A stretch of DNA of 64,000 nt. It comes from Pristiophorus japonicus (Eukaryota). A program made the translations under genes and the position numbers. Under the pieces are notes generated by a model. That model made no database searches. It was given only the letters and a program-made list of their open reading frames with translations, and had not been told where the DNA came from. The stretch is taken from assembly GCF_044704955.1 (NCBI RefSeq), contig NC_091995.1, positions 53,444,001 to 53,508,000 on the forward strand, given 5' to 3'. This document shows positions 50,330-60,816 of the stretch, in pieces (position 1 is the stretch's first letter; the number at the start of each line of letters is the position of its first letter).

Positions 50330-51966
50330 GATTTATGTGGAACCACTTTGTTCAGCGGGGCAATTTTATGGCATAGACCATGGGACTTGCCTTGTCGACA
50401 ATGTGGTACGGTCCCATGTACAGTGCCTCAAAGACCCCTACTCTAGCGTAATTCCTCACCATAACCGGGTCTTGGGTCTGGCCCATTTTTAGGTCTGGGG
50501 GCAAAGCTATCCCTGCCTTCTCTGCCGTCCCCATCCTGCCCCTGACTGCTGCTATGGGTCCTGAGTTGTACGGATCCCAGAGCTTGCCCGTGCGGGCATC
50601 TTGCTTGGATAACATGTCAGCCTGTTGGTTTCCCTCGTTACGGGGTTCAGTGATGAAGTGTACCTTCACCTTATGTATACAGATATTCCCTTCCTCCCCT
50701 ACAGCTTTCATGATCTTTTCCAGTGGGGGCTTAATTGCCAGGGGCCTCCCATCTGCTGATGTGTATTCGCAGCGGGACCAGATAGCCAGCTACTCCATAC
50801 ACGAATTGCATGTGAACATACTGTCCGAGCAAATCGTGTATGGGGTAGGGAATTCTTCAGGGTGTGTGACTACATACACCACTGCAGACAGTTCAGCGTG
50901 CTGGGCGCTCATAGTGCTGGGGAGTTTAATCGCCAGGGCAATGCCTGCCTCGGTGTCATAAACTCCGCAGCCTGCGAGTCGTTCACCCACAGATACTGTG
51001 CTTGCACCGTTCACATAGATCTCTCGGCCTGTGGGGTGTAACCCAGCCCAAAGCCTATGTTAATTTCCCATACCCCTTCTACGGAACACCGGTGGGCTGT
51101 CCCTGGATAAATCATGTTGGCTGCGAGTCTTGGCTCACAGAGACCCTTTACCCTTAGGTCCATTTGAGAGAGGAGCAGGGTCCAGCGAGCAATGCGGGCA
51201 CTGCTCACTGTCCCGTCCTTAATTCTCCTGTCCAGGAGCATTTGGGTGGGCGTATGGTGGGTAAGGAGTGTGATAGGGGACCCCCCTGTGAAGATCAGTG
51301 ATCTTTTCACAGCCCAGTGAGTGGCTAGCAGGTGCTGCTCACAGTTGGAGTATCCCTTCTCCACGTCCGTTAGTATCCTGGAGGAGTAGACCACTGGTCT
51401 CAGCCGGCCGTGCCGCTCTTGGAGCAGTACTGCACTCAGGCTGTCCCCACTGGCTGCTACCTCCAGGAAAAACTCTTTACCCCCATCGATGGCCCCTAGA
51501 GCTTGAGCGGTCTGCAGGTCTTTCTTGAGTTGGATAAATGCTGCCTCACAACCTTTGTCCCATTCCCACTCCACTCCCTTGTGTAGGAGTCAGAGCAGAG
51601 GGGCTGCTGTGGCTGCATAATCCTCAGAGAAATCTCTGCTGTACCCGGTTAGCCCTAGAAAAGATCTTACTCCTGTCACTGTGTTGGGGGCGGGTAACTC
51701 CTGCACTGCTTCCCTTCTAGCTTTGTCAATGGCTCTCTCCCCAGCACGCACAGCCAGTCCCAGGAACTTTACTTCCTTCCGGCCGATCTGTGCCTTCTTG
51801 GGGTTTACTTTAAATCCCTCTTCTTTCAGCAGTTCAGTCAGCAGTGGGCCATGCTCCTCCCCCTCATCGGTGAACAGGAGCAGGTCATCCACATACTGTA
51901 CTAATTGCTGGGGTCTGCTGAAACTCTTTAAACAGTTGGCCATACACCGATGGAAAATACTAGGGC
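50330..51966 (-). pseudogene. pol: ERV pol 3' part: RT (YVDD), tether RNase H-like, RNase H, integrase remnant (GPY/F)
   Basis: LVQYVDDLLL, VRSFLGLTGY, FFLEVAAS...RIARWTLLL, SAQHAEL...ICSDS...EGNQQAD, YMGPYHIV. Confidence 0.92.
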
Positions 51967-52224
51967 TGTAATATCCTTAAACTACGATAGAATCACACGA
52001 GGCACATTCTGCAGATGAGGTCACTCCGTGACCTGTACCTTTATTCCCAGGACCAAGAAGTGATGACCCTGCGTGGGACCTCCCTTTATATGCCTGGATG
52101 ACCAGGTGAGGAGTGTCTCCCACAAGTTCACCCCCTGTGGTCAAGGTGTGCATTTCTTAGATGTATACAGTATGCAGTGTTGTTACATGAAGGTTACAGT
52201 TACATGAAGGTTACATACATGACA
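51967..52224 (-). repeat. Gypsy 3' LTR (258 bp)
   Basis: Matches 56502-56785. PPT adjacent at 52225-52236. Confidence 0.95.
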
Positions 52225-52316
52225 TCACCTCCCCCCAACGTCTTATTGGGTCAAAGATTAAGTCTTTCAGGCAGTCGACACTCTCTCCTGGAGCGCCGCA
52301 GTTGGGGCTCTGGTGA

Positions 52317-55300
52317 TTAAGCCTTGGCATGCGTCTCTGTCACCTGTGGTGATTCCGGCCTGTCCGGGCTGGCCGCAGGGACTGTGCATGCTGGTGAATG
52401 TCCTTGTTGCTCGTTCACTGGCGGTGGTGTGGGCAACATCTCATGATCTTCCTCAGTGTCCATGCTGAACCTTTTTCTTACTTGGTCCAGATGCTTGCGG
52501 CATCTCTGTCCATTGTTAAGTCTGACCACTATGACCCTAGTCCCCTCTTTGCCAATTACAGTGCCCTCAAGCCGCTTGGGCCCCAAAGCGTGATTAAGAA
52601 CAAATACAGGGTCACCGATTTCTATACATCCCGTGGCATTGAAGGGAGGGTCCTTGAATCCGGAGCATGCCCTGTTTTAAGATTTGGACCGCACGTTCCG
52701 CCTGGCCACCTATCGCGCCTCCTGCTGGCCTATAGTCCCGTCTGCATTCGCTCACGGGAGTCCCGCCCACGGAACTACTCATGAAACGTACGCTTAAAAC
52801 TCAGTTGACCCTCATTCATCCAGTCCTGGCAGACATTGTTGAGGGCAAGCGCCAGTCCCAAAATGAGTGCCATGATCGCAACGCAGTGGGCAGATGTATA
52901 GAAATCGGTGACCCTGTATTTGTTCTTAATCACGCTTTGGGGCCCAAGTGGCTTGAGGGCACTGTAATTGTCAAAGAGGCGAATAGGGTCAGAAGCCAGC
53001 TTGAACAGTGCTATCCTGACATGTTTGATGCCATTACCCGACATGAACTCCTGGAATTCATATCTAGTGAAACACGGGCCGTTGTCCCTAACCAGGATGT
53101 CTGGCAAGCCGTGGGTCGCAAAGACCGCACGCAGACTCTCCACAGTGATGGATGTCGTGCATGAATTCAATATGATGCACTCGATCCATTTCGAGTATGC
53201 ATCAACGACAATTAGGAACATTTTTCCCATGAACGGGCCCACGTGGTCTATGTGAATACGTGACCATGGCCTGGTGGGCCAGGGCCACGGGCTGAGTGGG
53301 GCCTCCCTGGGGGCATTGCCCAGCTGGGCACACGTTGTGCACCTGCGAGCACAAGTGTTCCAGGTCTGAATCAATTCCTGGCCACCAAATGTGACCGGGC
53401 AATGGCCTTCATGAGCACGATTCCTGGGTGCTCACTGTGGAGTTCCCTGATGAATGCCTCCCTTCCTTTCTGGGGCATGATTACCCGGCTGCCCCATAGC
53501 AGGCAGTCGGCTTGGATGGAGAACTCATCCATCCATCTGTGAAACGGTCTGACCTCCTCCGGGCATGCCCCGTGTGCGGGCGCCCAATCCCCAGTCAGGA
53601 CACATTTCTTAATCAGGGATAGGAGGAGATCTCTGTTAGTCCAGATTTTGATCTGGCGGGCTGTGATGGGGGAGTCTGCGCTGTCGAAAGCCTCAACGGC
53701 CATGACAATCTCAGTGCTTTTCTCCGCTGCCCCCTCAGTGGTGGCCAGTGGAAGCCTGCTGAGCGTGTCAGTGCAATTTCCGGTGCCTAGCCGGTGCCAT
53801 ATGGTGTAGTCATACGCAGCCAGCATGAGGGCCCATCGCTGTATGCGAGCTGACGCATTGGCATTGACAGCTTTGCTGTCAGACAGCAGGGATGTCAGCG
53901 GCTTGTGGTCTGTTTCTAATTCGAACCTTCTGCCAAAAAGATACTGGTGCACCTTTTTCACCCCGTAGACACGTGCGAGTGCTTCCTTTTTAACCATCCC
54001 ATATCCTCGCTCTGCCTGGGAGAGCGACTTGGAGGCATAAGCCACAGGTTGGAGTTGGCCCGAGTCATTACTTTGCTGCAATACACACCCAACCCCATAG
54101 GATGATGCATCACATGTTAAAACCAATTTCTTACAGGGGTTGTACAGGATCAACAGCTTATTAGAACAAAGCAGGTTCCGCACCCGATTGAAAGCCCGTT
54201 CCTGACAGTCCCCCCAAAACCAATCGCAACCCTTACGCAGGAGCACGTGTAGCGGCTCCAACAACGTGCTTAAGTTCGGCAGAAAGTTCCCAAAATAGTT
54301 CAAGAGTCCCAGAAATGATCGCAACTCCGATGTGTTGCCGGGCCTGGGTGCACGACGGATCGCCTCCGTTTTAGATTCGGTAGGCCGGATCCCGTCTGCA
54401 GCAACCCTCCTGCTTAAAAACTCGACCTCTGGAGCCAAAAACACACACTTAGATTTCTTTAATTGCAGGCCTACCCGGTCCAGTCGGTGTAGCACCTCCT
54501 CCAGGTTGTGGAGGTGTTCCTCGGTGTCTCGTCCCGTGATAAGGATGTCGTCCTGAAATATGATAGTTCCCGGGATGGATTTGAGCAGGCTTTCCATGTT
54601 TCTTTGGAAAATAGCGGCCGTTGATCGAATGCCGAACGGACACCTGTTGTAGACAAACAGCCCCTTGTGCGTGGTGATGGTGGTCAGTAGCTTCGGCCAG
54701 TTCCTGGGCCATGTAGGCTGAAGTGAGGTCCAACTTGGTGAACAGCTTGCCTCTCGCCAGCGTGGCAAAAAGATCCTCCGCTCTCGGAAGCAGGTATTGG
54801 TCTTGTAGTGACACCCGGTTGATAGTGGCCTTGTAGTCGCCACAGATCCTGACCGAGCCATCCGTTTTTAGGACAGGGACGATGGGGCTTCCCCAGTCAC
54901 TGAATTCAACAGGCGAAATTATGCCCTCTCTTAGCAGCCTGTCCAACTCACTCTCAATTTTCTCCCGTATCACGTACGGCACAGCTCTGGCTTTACTTTC
55001 AAAGGCACCAAAGGCTCTACTTTGGTGCCTTTGAAAGTCCCGACACCAGGTTGAAATAGTGACTCAAATTTCTGTAGGATCTGTGAGCATGAACTTCGCT
55101 CCACAGATGAAATGGCGTGCACACTCCCCCCCACCCCCCACCCCATTTCCAGTTCATCTCGGCTAGCCAGCTCCTTCCCAAAAGCGCGGGACAGTCCAGA
55201 GCAGCAGCCGGTTCTCCGATCAATTATGTGTGACCACCAATGTTGTGCTGCCTAGCACTGGGATGATCTCTTTGGTGTATGTCCGTAATTGCGTGTCAAT

Positions 55301-56489
55301 GCTCTGAGTGGCCATAGTTTCTCAAATTGTTGGACACTCATAAGTGACTGGCTGGCTCCTGTGTCCAGCTCCATGCGAACCGGGATGCCATTTAATAGGA
55401 CTTTCATCATCATGGGTGGCGTTTTGGTATATGAGCTGTGGATATCTGCCACATGAACCTGCTGAACCTCAGCGTCCATTGTATTGTCCTAAGCATCAAC
55501 CTTCCTTGCAGACCCCTCTTCTTGGTCATCTGCCTCATAAACTAGCCTCGCTGCGGGCTTCTTGCACATTCTGGCTAAATGTCCACTGAAGTTACAGTTT
55601 CTACAGATGAATTGTTGAAACCTACAGGTTTTCGCAGCATGTCTGCCCCCGCACCTCCAGCAGGAGCTGAGATTGTTGTGAATAAAAGGGCTGTTACCAG
55701 GCATTCCTCTCTGAATGTCTCTTTGATTACTCTTGAGCATTCTGTTAATGAGTGTCAATGGTCCCATCCCGGGACGCATTGTCCCTTGTGATGGCGTGAA
55801 TTGAAGATCCCCCTGCCATTGTCTCTGTTGAGGACTCACTCTCGAGTCTGTTGCTGCCTGGGTGGTGTCGAATTGCCCTTACCTGCCTGCGGGATTCTGA
55901 GTCGCATTTACAATGTTAACTCTCTGATCCATCGCCACATTGGAAGCAGAGTTGCGCGCGTATATTATCTTGGCTTCCTCCTCCCCCGCCAAGAAGGTCT
56001 GAGCCATCAACGCTGCCGCTTCCAAGGTCAAGTCCTTGGTCTCGATTAGCTTCCTGAAAATCCCGGCATGACCAATGCCCTCAATAAAGAAATCCCTTAA
56101 CGTCTCCCCGCTGCAGGCATCTCTGAATTACAGAGACTGGCCAGGCGCCAAAGGTCCGCAACGAAGTCCGGTATGCTCTGTCCCTCCCGACGTCTGTGTG
56201 TATAGAACCAATGTCGGGCCATGTGTATACTGCTCGCCGGTTTGAAGTGCTCACTGATCAGTCTACTGAGCTCTTCAAAGGTTTTGTCCGCCGGCTTCTC
56301 AGGTGCAAGCAGGTCTTTCATCAGCGCATACGTCTTAGGTCCACAGCTGGTCAGTAGATGCGCCCTTCGCTTGTCAGCCGCTAACTCTCCCAGCCAGTCC
56401 TTCGTGACAAAACTCTGCTGGAGCCTCTCAACAAAATCGTCCCAGTGCTCACCAACACAGTACCGTTCCTCTGAGCTACAGGTGGCCAT
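52317..56489 (-). pseudogene. gag-pol: Gypsy gag-pol (frameshifted, integrase rearranged)
   Basis: WDDFVERL gag, double knuckle CWRCGGRH...CRNCNFSGHLARMC, LDTGAS, RICGDYK, FQDD, CDASSYG, HSEHPG, PWSRIHID, VDAYSKW, NGQAERAVQ. Confidence 0.93.
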
Positions 56490-56500
56490 TCTCGTCGCCA
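56486..56500 (-). promoter_or_regulatory. Gypsy primer-binding site, tRNA-Ser(GCU)-like
   Basis: TGGCGACGAGAATGG starts 1 nt from the LTR, one mismatch to the recalled tRNA-Ser(GCU) 3' end complement. Overlaps the gag ATG. Confidence 0.7.
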
Positions 56501-56501
56501 A

Positions 56502-56785
56502 TGTAGTATCCTTAAACTACTATAGATTCACACGAGGCACATTCTGCTGACGAGGTCGCTCCGTGACCTGTACCTTTATTTCCAGGACCAAGAAGTGATG
56601 ACTCTGCGTGGGACCTCCCTTTATATACCTGGATGACCAGGTGAAGAGTGTCTCCCACAAGTTCACCCCCTGTGGTCAAGATGTGCATTTCTTAGATGTA
56701 TACAATATGCAGTGTTGTTACATGAAGGTTAGTTACATGAAGGTTACATGAAGGTTACAGTTACATGAAGGTTACATACATGACA
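56502..56785 (-). repeat. Gypsy 5' LTR (284 bp)
   Basis: Matches the 3' LTR with ~12 substitutions counted by eye, plus extra ttacatgaagg copies. Confidence 0.95.
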
Positions 56786-57785
56786 AGGTCTGTTGTAGAA
56801 GCCCTGAGGGAGACTTATCCAAGTATATTGCTGTCCTTTAAAGGTAAAAGCAAACTTGTACTGATCTTCCCTTCTTAAAGGTATGGACCAGAACCCGTTG
56901 GAAATATCCAGCACCGTGAAGGTGGTTGCGGAGGCTGAGATACTTCCAATGAGGTCGGTGACAGCAGCAACAGTGGGTGCACAGGCGGGGATGTTACAGT
57001 TGAGTACTCGATAGTTCACCATGGCTCTCCAGGAGTTGTCCAGTTTCTTAACCAGCCACAATGGAGAGTTCACATGGGTAGCCATTGGTCTCAATACCCC
57101 CTGTTTAACCAGCGAACCCAAGGCTGTTTCCATGTCTGCCTCCGCCTCCCTGGGGAAGTTGTACTGTTTCTGTAGTTGGGTCATGGGGTCCCCATCTATG
57201 CTAACCTCGACCCCGTTTATTCTCCCACAGTCATGTTTGTGAGTGGCAAAAGCTGCAAGGTTTTTCCTCACATATTCTTGATATTCTACAGGGGTGTTAC
57301 TGACCAGTGATTCAAGGTCGTAACCCTCCTTTGGTTTCATGGTGCACACCGTCCCTTTTCCCTGTTTTCCCGGGATAACCATCACCTCACTCTCCTGTCC
57401 CGTACAGACTGACCCCCAAAGGCAGTGGTTTCTTGAATCCACTAGGATCCCATGGCCTAGGATGAAGTCAGCCCCCAGGATCCCTCTCCTTTCCTGCTCC
57501 CACTTCATCAGGACACAAGTCCACTTAGTGTGGAGTGTATCTAAATGAATGGAGAGGAACGGAGAATGAGCCAGTCTGTTCAGTGCCTGTGAAACCCACC
57601 AAGCTGTAGGGGACCCCGTTAGACAGAGGTGAGGCGGCAGGGTTAGCTGCATAGACAAGGGTGCTTGAGGCACCGGTGTCCAGCAGGTAAGTCCCTTTCA
57701 CCTTTTCCACTTCCATCTGCACGGTCGGTCTCCCCCACGCATCATACTCAAGAGCACACAGGTGGACAGGCTGCGCCTGACCTAG
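56786..57785 (-). pseudogene. pol: ERV pol 5' part: aspartic protease and RT N-terminus
   Basis: GRPTV...YLLDTGAS, GILGADF, NSPLWLVKK, LDISNGFWSIPL, FAFTF, LPQGFYN. Frameshift near 57550. Confidence 0.92.
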
Positions 57786-59544
57786 TCACGGTTTTGGTTG
57801 GGAGGGGGCAGATGGGATCTTGGTACCGGTGGTTACCTTTCCAGGGCCATCTAACATGACTCGGAGCGCAGTTAAAAAGGTTTCAAACGAATGGGGAGGG
57901 ACTGGCTTATCTGTCTCGGGCTTTTGGGCAGGGACAGGAGAATTCTTTCCTGCGCTATTGTTCCAAGGATTTTTTCAATCCTTTCTCCAGTGCCCACTCT
58001 TTCCGTACCCGAAGCAGGTACGTTTTGTATCGGAGAGGTTGTCCCCCTCGTGGTGCCATTCCCTCTTGTCTTGGTTAGGTCGGATTTCGGGAACCCTTCC
58101 CTTTTGCGGGTGCTCTTCTGTCCCTCTGACGTTTCTGTAAGCTAGGGTCAGCTGCCTAAGCACTCCCTGTTCTGTGGCCTGGGGATCTCTGGGGTCGAAC
58201 CAGGCCTCAGCCTTGGTTCTTATTCTGGGTAAACTGTTAGCTACTAGGTTTCGGAGCCAGTGTGCTAATTCATCCAGGTTTAATTAACCCATGTCTATGT
58301 CCCCACTACAGGCGCTTTTGTACACCGGCCACATTCGGTCTGCGAAAGCCTGTGGGGTTTCTCCTGTGAGCTGCACCGTTTTCTCTACTCTAGAAAAGGG
58401 ACTCCTGTCATTGCAGCCCATAGCTTCTAAAATGACTTTCTGGACGGCAGCAAGTGTTTTCTGTCCTCTTTTGCTCTCAGTAGAGAGGGACTGGTACAGT
58501 TTGCTGTCTTGGGATAGGAGAAGCATCTTTGCCATTTCTGCATCATCGCACCCATTAATATCCCCTGCCTGTTCCACTTCCACAAAGTGAACCGAGGGGT
58601 CTCCCTTTGGAGTGAGCTTTCCCAGGTGACTTATCATAGCCCTAAGCTGGTGGGGAGTGTGGGGGAACCACAAACTGACTTTCCAGGGGCCCTGGACCCC
58701 CGTTAAGGGTGGGCGGGCCAAACTTCTGTTGCCGGACCGGGCACGTTGGCCCTGGTTCTGGCTCTCCCTGTTCTGGCTCGCCTCCCTTTCCTCCCTGCGG
58801 CCAAGCCGAGCTGAAACTTGGTGCTACAGGTGGTGGTGGTTCACTATCCCTGTCCGCCCCGCAACTGATTTGCCCCTCCTGCTGCTGCACCGGTGTAGTC
58901 ACCGGTACCACAGGTAGTGGCCAGGTAGTTTCCTCCTTCTCTTCCTGCTTTACCTGGGGCGTACCCGGGCTTATTAGGCATACCATGCCTTTTGCCTTGG
59001 ACAGAGCAAGGTTTAAACTTTTAATTTGTTGCTTGCAGGGAGCATGGTCTCCCGATTCAAATCCATTAGTGCTAGTTACTTTATACACTGCGTGCACATC
59101 TTTTAATCTTTCCTGGAGCTCTTTTACTTGTCGGGCGAGGCGAGTGCTTTCCTCCCTCAGTGACTTTTCACTACTTTTGGCCTCGGTAACCTGACATTGA
59201 AAATAGTCCTGACTGTTTTTAAACCTTTCCATTATTTGGGTCCTTTCCTGTTTTAGCTTACGGAGTTCTCCCGATAATCTTTCTTCTGACATAACCCTTT
59301 CCTGATAGTTCTCTGCGTATTCCCATAACTCTGCCTGTAAAGTTTCATTCATTCTGTCTAGGAGTTGGACCTGTCGCTGTAGACAGACCAACCAAATTGC
59401 TTTCTCCACTGCTTCTTTGTGTTCTTTACTTGCTGTCCACTGGGCTGCAGCGTCAGCCGGACATTCAGCGCACAATACACTAAGCACCCATTCCTTAGTT
59501 ACATTCACTTTCTTATACACATAGGAGGAAATCCTCTCTTCCAT
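57786..59544 (-). pseudogene. gag: ERV gag: coiled-coil N-terminus, Pro-rich spacer, capsid-like region, degenerate CCHC knuckle, PSAP
   Basis: ORFs 58642-59616, 58284-58721 and 57975-58163 join through a 1-bp shift in the G run at 58661-58665 and two stops. CFGYGKSGHWRKD* knuckle. Ends IPSAPSQPKP-TGA. Confidence 0.85.
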
Positions 59545-59595
59545 TTTGGTTCTTTGCCCCAAACCAGCACTCTCTATATCACACCCCGTGTACCA

Positions 59596-59615
59596 GAGTC
59601 CTGCCGCGGTCGCCA
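59596..59615 (-). promoter_or_regulatory. ERV primer-binding site, tRNA-Arg(UCG)
   Basis: Plus strand gagtcctgccgcggtcgcca equals the recalled 3' end of vertebrate tRNA-Arg(TCG)+CCA, 3 nt from the LTR. Confidence 0.85.
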
Positions 59616-59618
59616 TAT

Positions 59619-59627
59619 TGTAAGAGG

Positions 59628-59671
<44 letters not shown>

Positions 59672-60357
59672 TCTCTATGAGGGGGTCAGGTTCCCTTCTG
59701 ACCAACTTGAGCGGTTTCGAATCGCTCCCACTCCCTTGGGTTCTGTACTCTGGATTTATTTGGGGGGGGTGACAAAAGTGCAGAGGACACTGGTTTGATG
59801 CAAAGAACTTTGGTTTTATTACAGACAGGGTAATACAGGCTTATTACTCTAGTAAGAAAATACACGGCCAAACTTACAATCACTCTAATAAAGAACAGTA
59901 CAAGGAAAGGTACAAGGTCAAACTTATAATCACTCTAATAAAGTACCATACACTACACATTCAAAGGGGGTTGCAGTAAACTTATACCTCCCACCTCCCA
60001 ATACCTAATTCTAGCTAGGTTAGACTCCAGGGCAGGCAGGGACTATGCTTACCGATCCCTTTTGATAGTTAATGGTAGATGGTGATGTTCTTCCTTCCTT
60101 CAGGAGTTCAAGACTTCGAGGCTGGAGAGTCTCTCCCCTCTCTCTCCCCTCTCTCTCCCCTCTATCTCCCCTCTATCTCCCCTAGGTTCACCCACAGGCT
60201 TGTATTTGGCTTGTAAAAGTTCATAATTCTATTAAAGTTTGTAGTTTCTTCCATAGCACTTTAGAGTTCCAAACTTTTTGGTAGATAGTCCCAAATTAAA
60301 TTTACTTTCGAATGAGCCCAAACACAGGGGGGATTCTGGTGAATTTTGCTCTCTGCA
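59619..60357 (-). repeat. ERV 5' LTR (739 bp; ~430-bp internal deletion, (TG)n expansion)
   Basis: Homologous to the 3' LTR except the segment equivalent to ~45915-46347 is missing. TG microsatellite at 59630-59670. Confidence 0.92.
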
Positions 60358-60816
60358 AAAGAGAGGAGGCAATTAAAGAGAAAAAGTGAGAGGGGTTGAG
60401 CTGAAGAACGTGAGAGATAATGAAGGAGAGAGGGAGGGAGAAGGACAGATGAAGGAAGCGACAGAGACAGAGGGAGAGTGCGATCAGTCAATGGCTGTAA
60501 TCTGCACAGAGACGAACAAGATGAGGGTTTCGATCCCGAGGAATAGCCGTGTTGCTGTGACAGACACTGGGGCTCAGAGTTTGGCCCAAACTCTGGGTTG
60601 TGGGCAGCTGGGCAGGAAATATGTTTCTCTGTGGGAGGAAGTGGAACCATGGTTTATAAATAGGAATTTCAGCCTGAGTTTGATTTGTGGAGGAGTGAGA
60701 CGGACAGTAAAGCCTGGAGCATGTGTGTCAGTGACGCCCCTCAGGGAATCAGCTACAGGGAATGTGTTAAACGCATTCACTCCACCTCCCCACATGGACT
60801 TCAATCCACCAGTATT

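Larger units (their letters stand above)
51967..56785 (-). mobile_element. Ty3/Gypsy LTR retrotransposon (Mag-like), nested in ERV RT
   Basis: TG...CA LTRs, 5-bp TSD AGGGC/AGGTC, PBS, PPT ggggggaggtga, gag-PR-RT-RH-IN order. Confidence 0.95.
45376..60357 (-). mobile_element. Defective endogenous retrovirus, lokiretrovirus/spuma-related, LTR-gag-pol-env-LTR
   Basis: Paired TG...CA LTRs, 4-bp TSD AAAG (45372-45375 / 60358-60361), PBS, PPT, PR-RT-tether RH-RNase H-IN remnants, env with furin site and TM. Confidence 0.93.

Noticed and set aside
59545-59616. gag start at ATG 59616
   Set aside because: It overlaps the PBS. The downstream aaaATGg at 59544 is a more plausible start, though this is unproven.
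45376-60357. Calling the ERV a true foamy virus
   Set aside because: The Gag CCHC knuckle, in-frame gag-pol, tRNA-Arg PBS, short cleavable env signal peptide and absence of clear accessory ORFs between env and LTR argue against it; phylogeny is needed.
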